From positions 11,089-75,088 of the IMG/VR virus record IMGVR_UViG_3300028027_000057: 64,000 nt of DNA. The stretch is one strand, 5' to 3'. How positions within the stretch are numbered: the stretch's first letter is position 1; each line of letters opens with the position of its first letter. This DNA is from a virus. A model generated the notes under the pieces. It had not been told where the DNA came from, ran no database searches, and saw nothing but the letters and a program-made list of their open reading frames with translations. Positions 27,102 to 37,867 of this stretch are shown piece after piece. A program made the position numbers and the translations under genes.

Positions 27102-27515
27102 ACCTAAGTATGCAACTATTCTAATCCTATATCTTTGATTTGCTTGTAACCCTGTAATATTATTAATAACAAGAGATGTATTATTCTGCGTAAAGCTAAC
27201 AAACGGCTGTCCCGTAGGATAAATCGCTGTATTTACTTGATTAGCAGCGTAAATTACCTGACATCCAATAACTTGTCCCTGTTTGTCCAAGTTAAAGCTT
27301 GTAGTTGAAGTCGGGTTTCCAGAAGCATCTACTGTAATATCTAAGTCCTTAACCGAACAATAGACATTATCTCGAAGTCCTAATCTACCCGCAACGGCAA
27401 AGTACAAAGCATTAAACCCATCGTTGATAGGAAATGCAAGCTGTTCAACAAGTTGTTTATTATCATCGTTAAAGTCGCTAGTAATAATACGTTTGTATGT
27501 TGCTAATTTAGTCAT
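27099..27515 (-). CDS. small tail-associated structural protein
   Basis: Follows the nozzle gene; beta-rich C-terminal half. Confidence 0.55.
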   Translation of the reverse strand: MTKLATYKRIITSDFNDDNKQLVEQLAFPINDGFNALYFAVAGRLGLRDNVYCSVKDLDITVDASGNPTSTTSFNLDKQGQVIGCQVIYAANQVNTAIYPTGQPFVSFTQNNTSLVINNITGLQANQRYRIRIVAYLG

Positions 27516-30500
27516 TATCTGTAACCTCTAGTAGACTGACCAATCTCGCCGGTCAAAGTACATCCAGTTATCTTAAAATCTTCTCTAGCGATCTTATGTG
27601 AAAAACGAATTAACATATAACGACATCTTTGACATTGTCTTGGTATATAAGTACGGAACGGAGCCGAGTTGCCCATCCCACCAAAGAACCCTGTTCCAAA
27701 GTTGCTATGTCCAAAAATACCATTACCTTCTAAAGTGAATGTAACTGGTATAAATTCTGGCAATAAATCTGTTGCAAATGATAAAGTCCCGCCGCTAAAT
27801 GTTCTTGTTTCAAACATCATAGTAGCTTCTCTAAGATGCTTTAACATCAAAGGATCGCCCATTGTAACAGGAGAATAAGTAATGATTGATTCAAATGCTT
27901 TAAATATAGTAATCCCGCCAACCAAATACTGGAGAGATAAGTTTAAAGTAACTTGTTTTGTAATAGTATTGATAGCAGTAATTACAGTTTCTTGTGTAGT
28001 ATTATTATCAATAATCTTATAGTTATTAAATGAAACCCCAGTATCGCTATTCAATGTTACACAAACATAGTTATAACAAGCTTTAATATCTTCAAAGTTT
28101 GTATCTAATGTCTGGAAGTTACCAGCAGTTCCCGCTACCTTAACTGTAGTTGGAATAGAGAATGTATTAGCATCAATAACAGTAACCAAATGAGTTCCAT
28201 TAATTGAAGGAACTGAGTTACTACTATCTATCAATATAACACGATTAGTTAATAACCCATGTCCAACAGAGGTTATAATAGTAACAGGAGCATCAGTATT
28301 TGCACTAATAACCCCAGTCTTATTACCAATCTTACTAGCGAACTGAGTATATGTCACCCCAGTATCAGAATCTAGCTTAGTAGCAAGACCTTCTAACTGA
28401 ACCCTGGGACTTGCTCCTGTAACTAACTGAAGTGTTGCTAGATAGTTAGTGTAAGTAACACCGCTGTCACTATCTAGTTTGTTCAATAGGGTATTAAATT
28501 GATCAGTTGTAATCGTTTGATCTTGAATTAAACAATCCCCAACCGCTAAACCAGTAACGCTAGCTAGTAATAGCTTATTACCGATTAATTTATTTGGTGA
28601 GATCACAGAAGTAATTTCTCTATCTGCGTAATCCAATCTACTAAATGTTTTTCTTTCTTGTTCAATATAAGGAACATCAGTAGCAGCTAGATATAGTTTA
28701 TCATCCGAAGGGTTGATAGTTCCAGCGTTGTGTGCTAAGTCTAATGTAGTCCAGCTATTAGTAAGAGTTGAGTATCTATACGCAATAGTTGCGGTTTCAT
28801 CAGACTCTACACTAACTGTGTATGCTGTATACGAATTATCGGACTCATATCCAATACCCCATGTTGCAGTTTTAAAACTAGGGTAGTTAGATGATTGAGT
28901 TCTTAATATAATATTATCAATACTTCTAGAGATAATTGAAGCCCCGCCTTCTGTCAAACTTTGAATCCCTTGAGTTGTCCAAGCATAGATTACATTGTTA
29001 CAAACAGTGGCGCTATCTGGAGCCAGAAGGTTAAATGAAATATCAAATAACTCAAGCTGGAAAGGAGCAACCTCACCAGAAATACGATATAGACCATCTT
29101 CTTTAAATACAAAAAGAGAGTTACGTAATGTAATAACACGAAGGATTGCTTTATCAGCTGACCCTACATCGAAATAATTAACTAGAGGAACAGCTTCAGG
29201 TTGTTGAAATTTAGAGTAATATACTCTATTTATCTTTTCTTCATTCTCTGAAAATACAGAATTAGCCGATTTAATAAAAGAACCAGCAGTTCCAGCTGTT
29301 GCAATATAAGCATGGTCTAGGGTAAATGTATTAAGCCCAGTGACGGTTACTTGTTGTAATCCATCAATAACTGGAAAAGTATTACTAGCGGTAATTACAA
29401 TCAGATCACCCGAAGTTAATCCGTGTGCAGCTGAAGTAGTTACACTTGGAGTTAATCCAGTACCAGTTGAAGAGATATATGTTTCAGGTCCAATATCTGG
29501 GTTAAATGAAATACCAGTGGCATCATTATTTCCCACAACATAGAACTTCTCAGTAGCTTCTAAGCTTCTTGATTCAAGAGACATTTTGCCCGGAACGTCA
29601 AAAGTAGAAGAGATATAATAAGCATAGATCGTCTCTTCTGGGTTCTTATTGATAACTCGAACAAAACTTCTAGCGGTTTCATCGACCGCGCGAGAAGGAG
29701 AAACCAGAGGAGAAAGCAATACTTCTAATGCCCCAAGCTGAGTTGTAGATACTAGAAATCCAGCATTAACTACGTTTTCAGAAGCAGCAGTACATCTACC
29801 AAATTGTTTATTAGTGACAGTCAGAGTTGCAACATTAGCTGCAACTAAGAAATCTCCAGTTATCTCTAATTGAGCTTGTATTAAAGCTGCCATTTGAGTT
29901 GGAGTTTCAGTCCCAGCTACAATAACTTTAAGCGCAGCGTACCCAGAAAAAGCAGGATCAGTGGATGTTCCAGAACTAAACCAAACGTAATATCTACGTT
30001 GATCGTTTGTTGAATTGATTTTAAATGAATCAGAAACCCCAGAGCTTAAATAACTAGCTCCAGCAACTGCTGTTACTGAAGTTATCTGTGGTCTAACTGC
30101 TTCTCCTACACCAGATATTGTTGTAGTAAAAGGAGTGAATCCACTAGTTTGAGCCGAAGCAGGAGTTACATACCCCACGTTTAAATTTTGGATTGTAAGT
30201 TTTGCAGTTGCTCTAGTTATAATGAAATCTCGAATATATGTAACGATCTTATTATATGTAGCAATTGCAACTTCCGTTGCAGTATTAGCAGTAGTAACAG
30301 CAACTTGAATTCCAGTTCTACCAGCAATAGCCGGATCAACACTAGCTCCAGTATTATACCATACGTAATAGTCAACGTCTGTTGAGCTGATAAACCAGTA
30401 CTTGCCGCCCAGAGTAGTTCCAGCAATAGCCGTAACTTCTACTGTTTGTTGAGCACCTAGAATAAACTTATATATGTTATCTACTGTGCCATTTGTAATA

Positions 30501-32476
30501 GTTACAGTTGGAATAATACTATTATTATAATCAGCAATCATTTGAGTAACGCCGAGTAAGTTCAAGTCCATACGTTGTCTAGTTCTAGTATTGGCATAGA
30601 ACACGCTATTACGGTATCTGGTAACGTCTTTAGCGAAAGGGGGCTGCTCATTAGCCGCGAGAATTCCTTCTCCGGTTGAAGCATTTGTGTATAGATTAGC
30701 CCCACGGAAAGCATCCGGGGTAATGTCTTCAAAAACTATAAAGCCGCTAGAAGTTTCAGCAGTTGTAGGATAAGCTTCGTATACTAACTGCAATTCATCG
30801 GATGGAAATACATCGTCAAAAGTAGAAGCGCCGGTAGCCTGTGCTACAGAAGACCTATATACTTGGAAGAAGTAACTGCTATTAATTCCTTCTGGAATTG
30901 TAATAGTAAGTTCAGTTGTAACCGTTGTTGTAATATCTAAATCTGAAACCGCAACTTGGTCAGCCACTGAAATAACAGCGGGCAACTCACTAGAAAGCGC
31001 TAGAATAATGTCAGAAACATATGTCTGCATAGCCACTAGATCATCATTGGTAGCAGGGATAGAAGGAACGTCAGGGGCTGTAATTGCTCTATATGTATTA
31101 GAATTAATAGTAGCAGATGCTAAAGTAACTCCGCCAACTGCGCTAGTATTAAATGTAACCCATGCGCCAGCTGTAGGGTCTATAGTTACTACTTCCTGAG
31201 CACCGTCTAATGTACCAGAAGCAGCGGCAATACCTTCTTGAGTAGTCGAGGTAGTAATAACACTAGCTGGACTTAAAGTATTTACAGTTCCAGCAATAAC
31301 TTGATTTAGATTACCGTCACTAGATGGGAATGTTAAAGTCAATCCAGTTCCAGAAGTTACAGAACCAGTTACTACAACATTTGACATACCAGCAACTAAA
31401 CGTAATGCGGTTTGGATTGTAGTATCGACTGCGTTCCAAGCGATATCAGCAGTTTCATTTGCTCCGTATTTTAATCTAAAGTTACCAGATGAAGGAGTGA
31501 CTGAGAAGGAAACTTTTTGTATTTCACTCTGAGCAACAGGACTAAATCCAGCCAAGAATACTTTAGAACCCGGGATGAAATAGTTCCTAGCATCTCCAGC
31601 ACTAAAGTTTATAGTACAAATCCCACTACTTATAGTAGAACTAGAGATATTAAGAGGAGCAGTAACCGCTTGATTTGCGTATAAAATGTCGTTATCTAAT
31701 TTTGTAGATAAAGCAATCATACTAGATTGAATTTGTGTAGCAGATGCAGTTAAGTTAACTCCCAGCGTTTCTAGGTAGTTCTTATTATCTATTCTAGCTG
31801 TCGTAAGTGGGCTATTTGCAAACCCATCAAGTACACCTAATACTCGCATATAATCTTGAGCAAGTAGATCGATCATTGGATTACTGATAACTAGACGTTG
31901 AGAAGGTGAGCCCGGGATTAGATTATTATTCAAATCTTTATAAGCCCAAACAACTCTATAAGCAACAGCTGAATCTTGTGGGAACCATGCTGACTGTGAA
32001 TTAACAGTATATACTACTTTACCAGTTAGATCAACTGCTTTAATAGCTCCAGCTGGAACAATAAAGTCTGGGCTAGTAGTAAAGTCATTAGCGCTTTTAG
32101 CTGAGATTTTCTTAATACCCTGTGATGTTGTAAAATATAAATTACCGTTAGATTCAACGAACTTCATACGAAGTCCCTCTACGGTCTCCGCAAAAGCTCC
32201 AGAAAAGCTTTGAAACTTGCCGCTACCATCTGAATCAAATTGAATAGTTTCGCCAAAATGACGCAAAATTCGATTACGATATGTAGTGAGTTGTTTTACT
32301 CTATCGCTAATAGTAGGGAGTTGATCACCGTATAATTTAATACCACGACGCTGTTCAATCATATTATCCCTACGGATAATTACATTGGACGCCTGTATAA
32401 GAGCACCATCTGGGCGATCTAGTTCGTTGCTTGACGTTTGAAGTCCGGAAGCTTTTAATATAACTGTGCTGGACAT
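27515..32476 (-). CDS. tail nozzle / tubular protein B-like (P22 gp10/T7 gp12-like) with inserted repeated domains
   Basis: N-terminal GALIQASNV..IEQRRG; RVYYSKFQQPEAVP; LFVFKEDGLYRISG beta-propeller motifs; internal repeats. Confidence 0.7.
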   Translation of the reverse strand: MSSTVILKASGLQTSSNELDRPDGALIQASNVIIRRDNMIEQRRGIKLYGDQLPTISDRVKQLTTYRNRILRHFGETIQFDSDGSGKFQSFSGAFAETVEGLRMKFVESNGNLYFTTSQGIKKISAKSANDFTTSPDFIVPAGAIKAVDLTGKVVYTVNSQSAWFPQDSAVAYRVVWAYKDLNNNLIPGSPSQRLVISNPMIDLLAQDYMRVLGVLDGFANSPLTTARIDNKNYLETLGVNLTASATQIQSSMIALSTKLDNDILYANQAVTAPLNISSSTISSGICTINFSAGDARNYFIPGSKVFLAGFSPVAQSEIQKVSFSVTPSSGNFRLKYGANETADIAWNAVDTTIQTALRLVAGMSNVVVTGSVTSGTGLTLTFPSSDGNLNQVIAGTVNTLSPASVITTSTTQEGIAAASGTLDGAQEVVTIDPTAGAWVTFNTSAVGGVTLASATINSNTYRAITAPDVPSIPATNDDLVAMQTYVSDIILALSSELPAVISVADQVAVSDLDITTTVTTELTITIPEGINSSYFFQVYRSSVAQATGASTFDDVFPSDELQLVYEAYPTTAETSSGFIVFEDITPDAFRGANLYTNASTGEGILAANEQPPFAKDVTRYRNSVFYANTRTRQRMDLNLLGVTQMIADYNNSIIPTVTITNGTVDNIYKFILGAQQTVEVTAIAGTTLGGKYWFISSTDVDYYVWYNTGASVDPAIAGRTGIQVAVTTANTATEVAIATYNKIVTYIRDFIITRATAKLTIQNLNVGYVTPASAQTSGFTPFTTTISGVGEAVRPQITSVTAVAGASYLSSGVSDSFKINSTNDQRRYYVWFSSGTSTDPAFSGYAALKVIVAGTETPTQMAALIQAQLEITGDFLVAANVATLTVTNKQFGRCTAASENVVNAGFLVSTTQLGALEVLLSPLVSPSRAVDETARSFVRVINKNPEETIYAYYISSTFDVPGKMSLESRSLEATEKFYVVGNNDATGISFNPDIGPETYISSTGTGLTPSVTTSAAHGLTSGDLIVITASNTFPVIDGLQQVTVTGLNTFTLDHAYIATAGTAGSFIKSANSVFSENEEKINRVYYSKFQQPEAVPLVNYFDVGSADKAILRVITLRNSLFVFKEDGLYRISGEVAPFQLELFDISFNLLAPDSATVCNNVIYAWTTQGIQSLTEGGASIISRSIDNIILRTQSSNYPSFKTATWGIGYESDNSYTAYTVSVESDETATIAYRYSTLTNSWTTLDLAHNAGTINPSDDKLYLAATDVPYIEQERKTFSRLDYADREITSVISPNKLIGNKLLLASVTGLAVGDCLIQDQTITTDQFNTLLNKLDSDSGVTYTNYLATLQLVTGASPRVQLEGLATKLDSDTGVTYTQFASKIGNKTGVISANTDAPVTIITSVGHGLLTNRVILIDSSNSVPSINGTHLVTVIDANTFSIPTTVKVAGTAGNFQTLDTNFEDIKACYNYVCVTLNSDTGVSFNNYKIIDNNTTQETVITAINTITKQVTLNLSLQYLVGGITIFKAFESIITYSPVTMGDPLMLKHLREATMMFETRTFSGGTLSFATDLLPEFIPVTFTLEGNGIFGHSNFGTGFFGGMGNSAPFRTYIPRQCQRCRYMLIRFSHKIAREDFKITGCTLTGEIGQSTRGYR

Positions 32477-32491
32477 TTAAATCCTTTATTA

Positions 32492-33697
32492 TTAACCGCG
32501 GCGACCAAATCGAATACGAGAAGATCGAAGTAATCCAGTCCTGTTTAGAACCTTCATTGGAGAACCTTCAACTCGACTATCTAGAATGGTAGCCTGTTTG
32601 CTTTCTAAATTAGCAATCTTAGTGTTTGCCGCTTGAAGTCCTTCTTTATCACCCAAAGACTCTAGAATTCTAGCACAAGTTCTTTCTGCTAGAAGATTAT
32701 GTAAGTCAGTTGGAACTTGAGGGACAATACATTCATATTGAGAACAAATATAATCACCAACAACAAAGTCGGAAGGTAATTGAGATTCTGCTAAAGTTAT
32801 AGAAGTCGGACTGACTGAGTTTGAAGCAAGTAATACATCAAATGCCAATGTAGAATGTCCGCCATCTGTTTGTAAAAGATCAACAAGTCCACCAGCCACA
32901 ATACCAGAAGGCATTGTTGTAGTATTAATAGTGATAGAAGCTTGAATAGCAAATCCAGCTACATTTGACGTAGAGAATACTAATCCTCTAGTTGAATATG
33001 CAACTGAGACAATATTATTAGACACACTAGATGCTAGATTATGATCAGTTAATGTACCAATATAAGAAGATAGATTAGCAGCAGTTGCAGCACTATTAGC
33101 ACCTATTGCAAAGTCAATACCAGCAGTTGTAACATGAGTTCCAATTACAATGGTATTACCAGAAGCAATCGTTGTATTATCTACTACAATTGTCTTAGTG
33201 AATGATGTACAAATTGCAGCTTGATCATCGGTAACCAAAGAGTTAGGACGCAAGTAATAAGAGAATACTAGATTCCCCGTTGCATTTTGTGTAACTTCTG
33301 GAGTAATAACTAAGGTATTATTCTGTAAGTAATAGTGAATAGGAATCGGCGTTGTATTTGAATTGACTTCAAAGAACGATCTATCATCTGGATTGATCCT
33401 AGACATCTGAACTAATTGTCCACTAAGGTCTCTATAAAACACATCACGCAACTTCATACCGATCGCTCGATTTGGAATTGGATATCGCGACTGCTTAGGA
33501 ATCATAGGAACGTTCTGAGAGAACACTAAGTATTCTTCATGATATTGCAATATACTAGGAACCTGTTCTAGGAACATTTCCTCATTAGCAAATGCTAAAA
33601 TATCATTGTCAGCGAACGTAACTTGGGCTATAGGAATAGCCATTTTACGTTTAACCGCTTCAATTAATGAATTTGAAGTATAGTAAGGCTTGGCCAT
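32492..33697 (-). CDS. head-tail adaptor / tubular protein A-like
   Basis: N-terminal LIEAVKRK..ILAFANEE; YPIPNRAIG; C-terminal PTDLHNLLAER; position before the nozzle gene. Confidence 0.65.
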   Translation of the reverse strand: MAKPYYTSNSLIEAVKRKMAIPIAQVTFADNDILAFANEEMFLEQVPSILQYHEEYLVFSQNVPMIPKQSRYPIPNRAIGMKLRDVFYRDLSGQLVQMSRINPDDRSFFEVNSNTTPIPIHYYLQNNTLVITPEVTQNATGNLVFSYYLRPNSLVTDDQAAICTSFTKTIVVDNTTIASGNTIVIGTHVTTAGIDFAIGANSAATAANLSSYIGTLTDHNLASSVSNNIVSVAYSTRGLVFSTSNVAGFAIQASITINTTTMPSGIVAGGLVDLLQTDGGHSTLAFDVLLASNSVSPTSITLAESQLPSDFVVGDYICSQYECIVPQVPTDLHNLLAERTCARILESLGDKEGLQAANTKIANLESKQATILDSRVEGSPMKVLNRTGLLRSSRIRFGRRG

Positions 33698-33710
33698 TAT
33701 AAGCTCCTAA

Positions 33711-34103
33711 TTAAGCTTGTAGGCTCTTTTTCTTTTCCATAAGTTTCTTGATAAGATCATCGATTTCTTCTTCTGATTCACACTCAGCAAGCATATCTTC
33801 TGATCCGCCTGACTCATGTTCATCATATTCTTCATCGTCACTTTCTGAATCTTCATGGGCTTGAGACTCTTCGTCGTCGCTAAACCTACCAAAAGGAGAG
33901 CTTTCGTCTTCTTCTTTAACGATCTCTTCTGCTTTCTTAAGTCCTTCTTTCAATCCAGACTTAGAGTCTGAAGCTACTGTGACTTTTTTTAAGCCAGAAA
34001 GGTGACCTTTAAGCATATCAGAAGCCATCCCGTTAGCCTCTTTAAGGGCTTTCATCTTAGCTTTTTGCTCCAAGGGGCTCATTTTTTTACTTTTCCCAAA
34101 CAT
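33711..34103 (-). CDS. hypothetical protein, basic N-terminus and acidic C-terminus
   Basis: AAAGGA RBS; downstream of a TAACAACT site. Confidence 0.7.
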   Translation of the reverse strand: MFGKSKKMSPLEQKAKMKALKEANGMASDMLKGHLSGLKKVTVASDSKSGLKEGLKKAEEIVKEEDESSPFGRFSDDEESQAHEDSESDDEEYDEHESGGSEDMLAECESEEEIDDLIKKLMEKKKSLQA

Positions 34104-34127
34104 AATACATCCTTTTTTTCTATAAAT

Positions 34128-34135
34128 AGTTGTTA
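34128..34135 (-). promoter_or_regulatory. TAACAACT putative late promoter
   Basis: Overlaps the stop of 34133; 25 nt upstream of start 34103. Confidence 0.7.
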
Positions 34136-36727
34136 AATACTAAGCGTGGTTGCTCTAAATCTAATTAATCCACTAACAAAACCTGAATAATTTGCCGAAG
34201 TATATCTGACTTGACCCCCTGTTGTGATCGACAATGTTACCCCAGATTCATCCCCAACTGCACTAATTGTCATATCAAAAGACCCTGCCTTATTGATTCC
34301 AACTAGTTCAAATGTTTCAAATAACCCTAAAGTAGCGTCAATTTCAACGCTTACAAGGGCACTAAATGACCTAACTGTGGTATTACTGAATGCAAACCCA
34401 GTAATGCTGGCAGCGGCTACTTGGTTATTAGCTACAGCAAAGCTAGTCTCTTCAATGTCTCCAGCAGAACCTACAGCCACTCCAGCCAATAACTCAGCTA
34501 CAGTTATTTTTTTTCTAGCAGAAGTTGAAACGTCCCAAATCAAAAGCTCATCGGCGTTGTCAGGGGTAGCGGCTAAAGCAGTGGTGCCTGTAATGTCCAC
34601 AGATAAGCTACGAGTAGCAGTGATGTCTCCACCGCCAGCTAAACCAGAGTCTGCGGCAGTGCTAATTGATACAGTAGAGTGATCTACGTGATCATTTGCT
34701 GCGTAGTTAAGTAAAGAGTCATGGTCTACTCCAGCAGGCAATACTGTTGCTGAAATAGAAGGAGTTCCATCTAAGTAAGAAAAATCAATAGACGAACTGT
34801 CGACAAGTATAGTCCCTACAGCATCCTGAGCTGCTTCATCAAAATCAGTAACTTGAGAAGCTGGAATTGCGATAGATGTGTTACTAGCAGCGGTTAAACG
34901 ACCTTTAGAATCAACAGTAAATGTTCCAACTTGAGTTGCAGACCCGTAACCAGTAGGAGTTACAGCAGTATTTGCAAGCGTTGTAACAAATGAACCTGTT
35001 CCAGAACCAGTGACATCTCCTGTTAGAGTTATCGTTTGGTCGCCAGTATTTGTTCCCGATAATGAACTAACTGGAGCTGGGATACCAGTGATACCACCCC
35101 AAGCTACAGAGGACGCGGCTCCAGCTGAATAAACAGCGTACCCACCAGCATTATCTAAGTTTGTGTCGTCTTTAACAAAGTACATAAGACTAGTATCTGT
35201 CTGTAATACGGTGTCGCCATTTTGAACAGTTGCAGTAGTAAGAGCGAATCTAGCAGTTTGATCGGCAACAATAACTAAACGTTCAAGTGCCGCAGGAGGG
35301 ATTTGATTAACTGGGATTAATGAGTTTGCATCTAAAGAAGCAACGCCATTAGCACTACCCTTAGCAGTGGTAAGAATCCTAGAGTTAATATCTGTTTGTA
35401 ATCCCGAAACTGTAGTATCAACTTGAGACTTAGTGTAGTAACGAATGTCTCCTCTAGCGTCAGTATGGTATTGTAAATGATCGTCAGCAGAAAGTCCAGA
35501 CAATAATCCGTGAGAAGAAGCTTCCCCTGCTGGAGTATATAACTGAGTTCCTCTGAAATCTACGTACTCAGCTCCAGTGTCTGTTGAACGGACTCTAGAT
35601 TTTGTAGCGTTAGTGTAGCCAGTAGCTGTTTGGAAGATTACGCTACCCATTGGGACGAATTCTGCAAATGGCATTCCGCTAAGAGTAGAAATTTCTAAGT
35701 TAGCATTAGTTCTAGCAGCAGAAGAAGTGGTATATGAAGCAGTACCTTGAATAGCAACAATTGGATTGTCAATATCATTAGTTGCAAATAAATGCACTAA
35801 TACGAAGTCAAGAGAAGGAACTTCAGTTAATTGCCAAGCTCCTCCAGTGAATTCGTTGAAAGCAAGTCTTCCATTTGCCCCAGTATATCCAGCTGTCCCA
35901 CTGTAAATAACAGGGTAAGCATCGGCAGCTTTCTTGCGCCAAAGGGTTCCACTTCGGTAAAGGATTGGGATTTGTGATTGAGCTAGGGATTGATGAAGAA
36001 TGTCTTCGTCTCTAATAGACCCAGAATCTGCTGTGAACTGAGCGTTGGAATTTACATCCCCTGTACCATCTACGCTAAAGCCTAATAGGGCTAATCCTGA
36101 CAGGTATCTTGCGCCAAAAACAGTGTGGAGGTAAGCGTGAGTTACTCCATCCATTGTTATGCCGTGTCTCTCGTCTGCGAAATAAGTGTGAGAGCTAATA
36201 CTTGCATTCCAGTATACAATTGCTACAAAAGCAAATTGTTCTATGATTGCAGAGCTAAATACAGTAGTGCTTTCTAAAACTCCAGACTGGTTATAATAAA
36301 TGTAGTGATTTCCACTAGTATTTGGAATTACTAAAGTTTGAGCAGCTGATACAGTATATTTTGCACTCTTTACATAAAAATCAAAAGAAGTTACAGCTGG
36401 TTGAATTGTGAAAGTTCTAGTTCCATCCACAAATGAGATTTGAGAATCTGCTCTGTTCAAGAAGCCTGTCGGCTCATTCATATCAGATAGTGAAGTAGCC
36501 ACTAAAGCAGCATCATCTATACCTTGAGTAGCACTATCCTGAGCAGCAGTAATCTGATCCTGAACTGAGCTTGAAACACCAGAAAGATAATCTAGCTCTA
36601 CATCAGATACCGCACTAGAGACAATATCTCCACTAGAATCAATTACTGGGACCGTAGATGCAGTTTGTGCAGGAAGGTTAATCCCACCCTGTAACTTTAC
36701 CTTGCTCTTAAACTTCTGGTCAGCCAT
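34133..36727 (-). CDS. modular fibre protein
   Basis: TVDSKGRLTAAS, GVASLDANSLIP and HGLLSGLSADDHLQY fibre modules; C-terminal domain paralogous to 43156. Confidence 0.75.
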   Translation of the reverse strand: MADQKFKSKVKLQGGINLPAQTASTVPVIDSSGDIVSSAVSDVELDYLSGVSSSVQDQITAAQDSATQGIDDAALVATSLSDMNEPTGFLNRADSQISFVDGTRTFTIQPAVTSFDFYVKSAKYTVSAAQTLVIPNTSGNHYIYYNQSGVLESTTVFSSAIIEQFAFVAIVYWNASISSHTYFADERHGITMDGVTHAYLHTVFGARYLSGLALLGFSVDGTGDVNSNAQFTADSGSIRDEDILHQSLAQSQIPILYRSGTLWRKKAADAYPVIYSGTAGYTGANGRLAFNEFTGGAWQLTEVPSLDFVLVHLFATNDIDNPIVAIQGTASYTTSSAARTNANLEISTLSGMPFAEFVPMGSVIFQTATGYTNATKSRVRSTDTGAEYVDFRGTQLYTPAGEASSHGLLSGLSADDHLQYHTDARGDIRYYTKSQVDTTVSGLQTDINSRILTTAKGSANGVASLDANSLIPVNQIPPAALERLVIVADQTARFALTTATVQNGDTVLQTDTSLMYFVKDDTNLDNAGGYAVYSAGAASSVAWGGITGIPAPVSSLSGTNTGDQTITLTGDVTGSGTGSFVTTLANTAVTPTGYGSATQVGTFTVDSKGRLTAASNTSIAIPASQVTDFDEAAQDAVGTILVDSSSIDFSYLDGTPSISATVLPAGVDHDSLLNYAANDHVDHSTVSISTAADSGLAGGGDITATRSLSVDITGTTALAATPDNADELLIWDVSTSARKKITVAELLAGVAVGSAGDIEETSFAVANNQVAAASITGFAFSNTTVRSFSALVSVEIDATLGLFETFELVGINKAGSFDMTISAVGDESGVTLSITTGGQVRYTSANYSGFVSGLIRFRATTLSI

Positions 36728-36736
36728 TTATTTCTC

Positions 36737-37426
36737 CTATGAAATAATTATTTTTCCGTTAAATCGTAAATCTGGAGTTTGTTCGACTATAATTGTTATG
36801 TCGCCTAATATATTTAATTCGATCGGGGCTTCTATTTCTTCAAAAAGACCCAAAACTTCTTCGTATATCTGAACTGTAGGATTTGCACCCTTAAGATGAT
36901 CATCAGCTAATACGGTGATCTGATATTGTCCAGAATCTGACACCCAATCAGTAGATAGAAAGCTAGCTACGTGAGGAGGGGTTGCGCTTCCTGTTATTTG
37001 GAAGTCTATTTCGCCGGTGAGTTCGTTAGCCGAGATATCTACGCTACCATTCGTTGATATAAACGAAATAACAGAGGCTCCATCTATCACACCGTCTGGA
37101 GTGGAGAAGAATATACTCGCAGCATCAAAACTACTAGCTAGTAATCTGAAATGTAGCCCGTTTACTGGGTTAAACACTAGACATACTACTTCGAGTTGAT
37201 CGTATCCGTAGACATCGATCAACTCATTAACGTTGCCGGTCAAATCAGACAATGTAACCCAAGTTGTTTGGTTTACAATTCTAGCTCTAACGCGAACTAC
37301 GTTAGCTGGACCAGCGCCTGCGGTGATAAAGCGAACTTTACCCTCGTCTTTAATCGTTCCAATCCCAAGAGACCCGGGTACTGTAACTGTTAGGTCTAAA
37401 CCATATACTAAATCAGTATCGGACAT
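36737..37426 (-). CDS. structural/fibre-associated protein
   Basis: HLKGANPTVQIYE beta module; position. Confidence 0.55.
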   Translation of the reverse strand: MSDTDLVYGLDLTVTVPGSLGIGTIKDEGKVRFITAGAGPANVVRVRARIVNQTTWVTLSDLTGNVNELIDVYGYDQLEVVCLVFNPVNGLHFRLLASSFDAASIFFSTPDGVIDGASVISFISTNGSVDISANELTGEIDFQITGSATPPHVASFLSTDWVSDSGQYQITVLADDHLKGANPTVQIYEEVLGLFEEIEAPIELNILGDITIIVEQTPDLRFNGKIIIS

Positions 37427-37436
37427 GTAAATCCTA

Positions 37437-37853
37437 TTATTTTAAACGTCTAGAAATCTTATATTTCAATACTTCTAACTCATCTGCAATGCCAGCTATT
37501 AAATTCTTCGTTCCCTCAGAAGCATCGCTCTTACAAAGCTGATTACACAGCTTACAAGCTTCTTCAGCTTGGGAAAGAAGGAACGCATAGTATTCCTTAT
37601 TCTCTTTTACTCCACAACAAGGAGCAGAAGCTAGCTTTTGACACACAGCAGACATTACTGACTGTAATTTAAGCTGTTCTTCTTGACCTAACCCGATCAT
37701 TCGCTCTGAAATAGAGTCGAAATAACCTTCAGCTTGTCCATATACTGAGCCGAAGAACTCGTGATCTTGAAAGAATACGGTTCTAGCACACATAAGGTGA
37801 GCAGAGTGACTAAACATTTGCATTGCTCTGAATAACACTACTAATTGTAACAT
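37437..37853 (-). CDS. Dps/ferritin-like protein
   Basis: H..H...FFQDHEFF..VY......DSISERMIGLG Dps signature. Confidence 0.8.
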   Translation of the reverse strand: MLQLVVLFRAMQMFSHSAHLMCARTVFFQDHEFFGSVYGQAEGYFDSISERMIGLGQEEQLKLQSVMSAVCQKLASAPCCGVKENKEYYAFLLSQAEEACKLCNQLCKSDASEGTKNLIAGIADELEVLKYKISRRLK

Positions 37854-37867
37854 AAAACTCCTATTAT

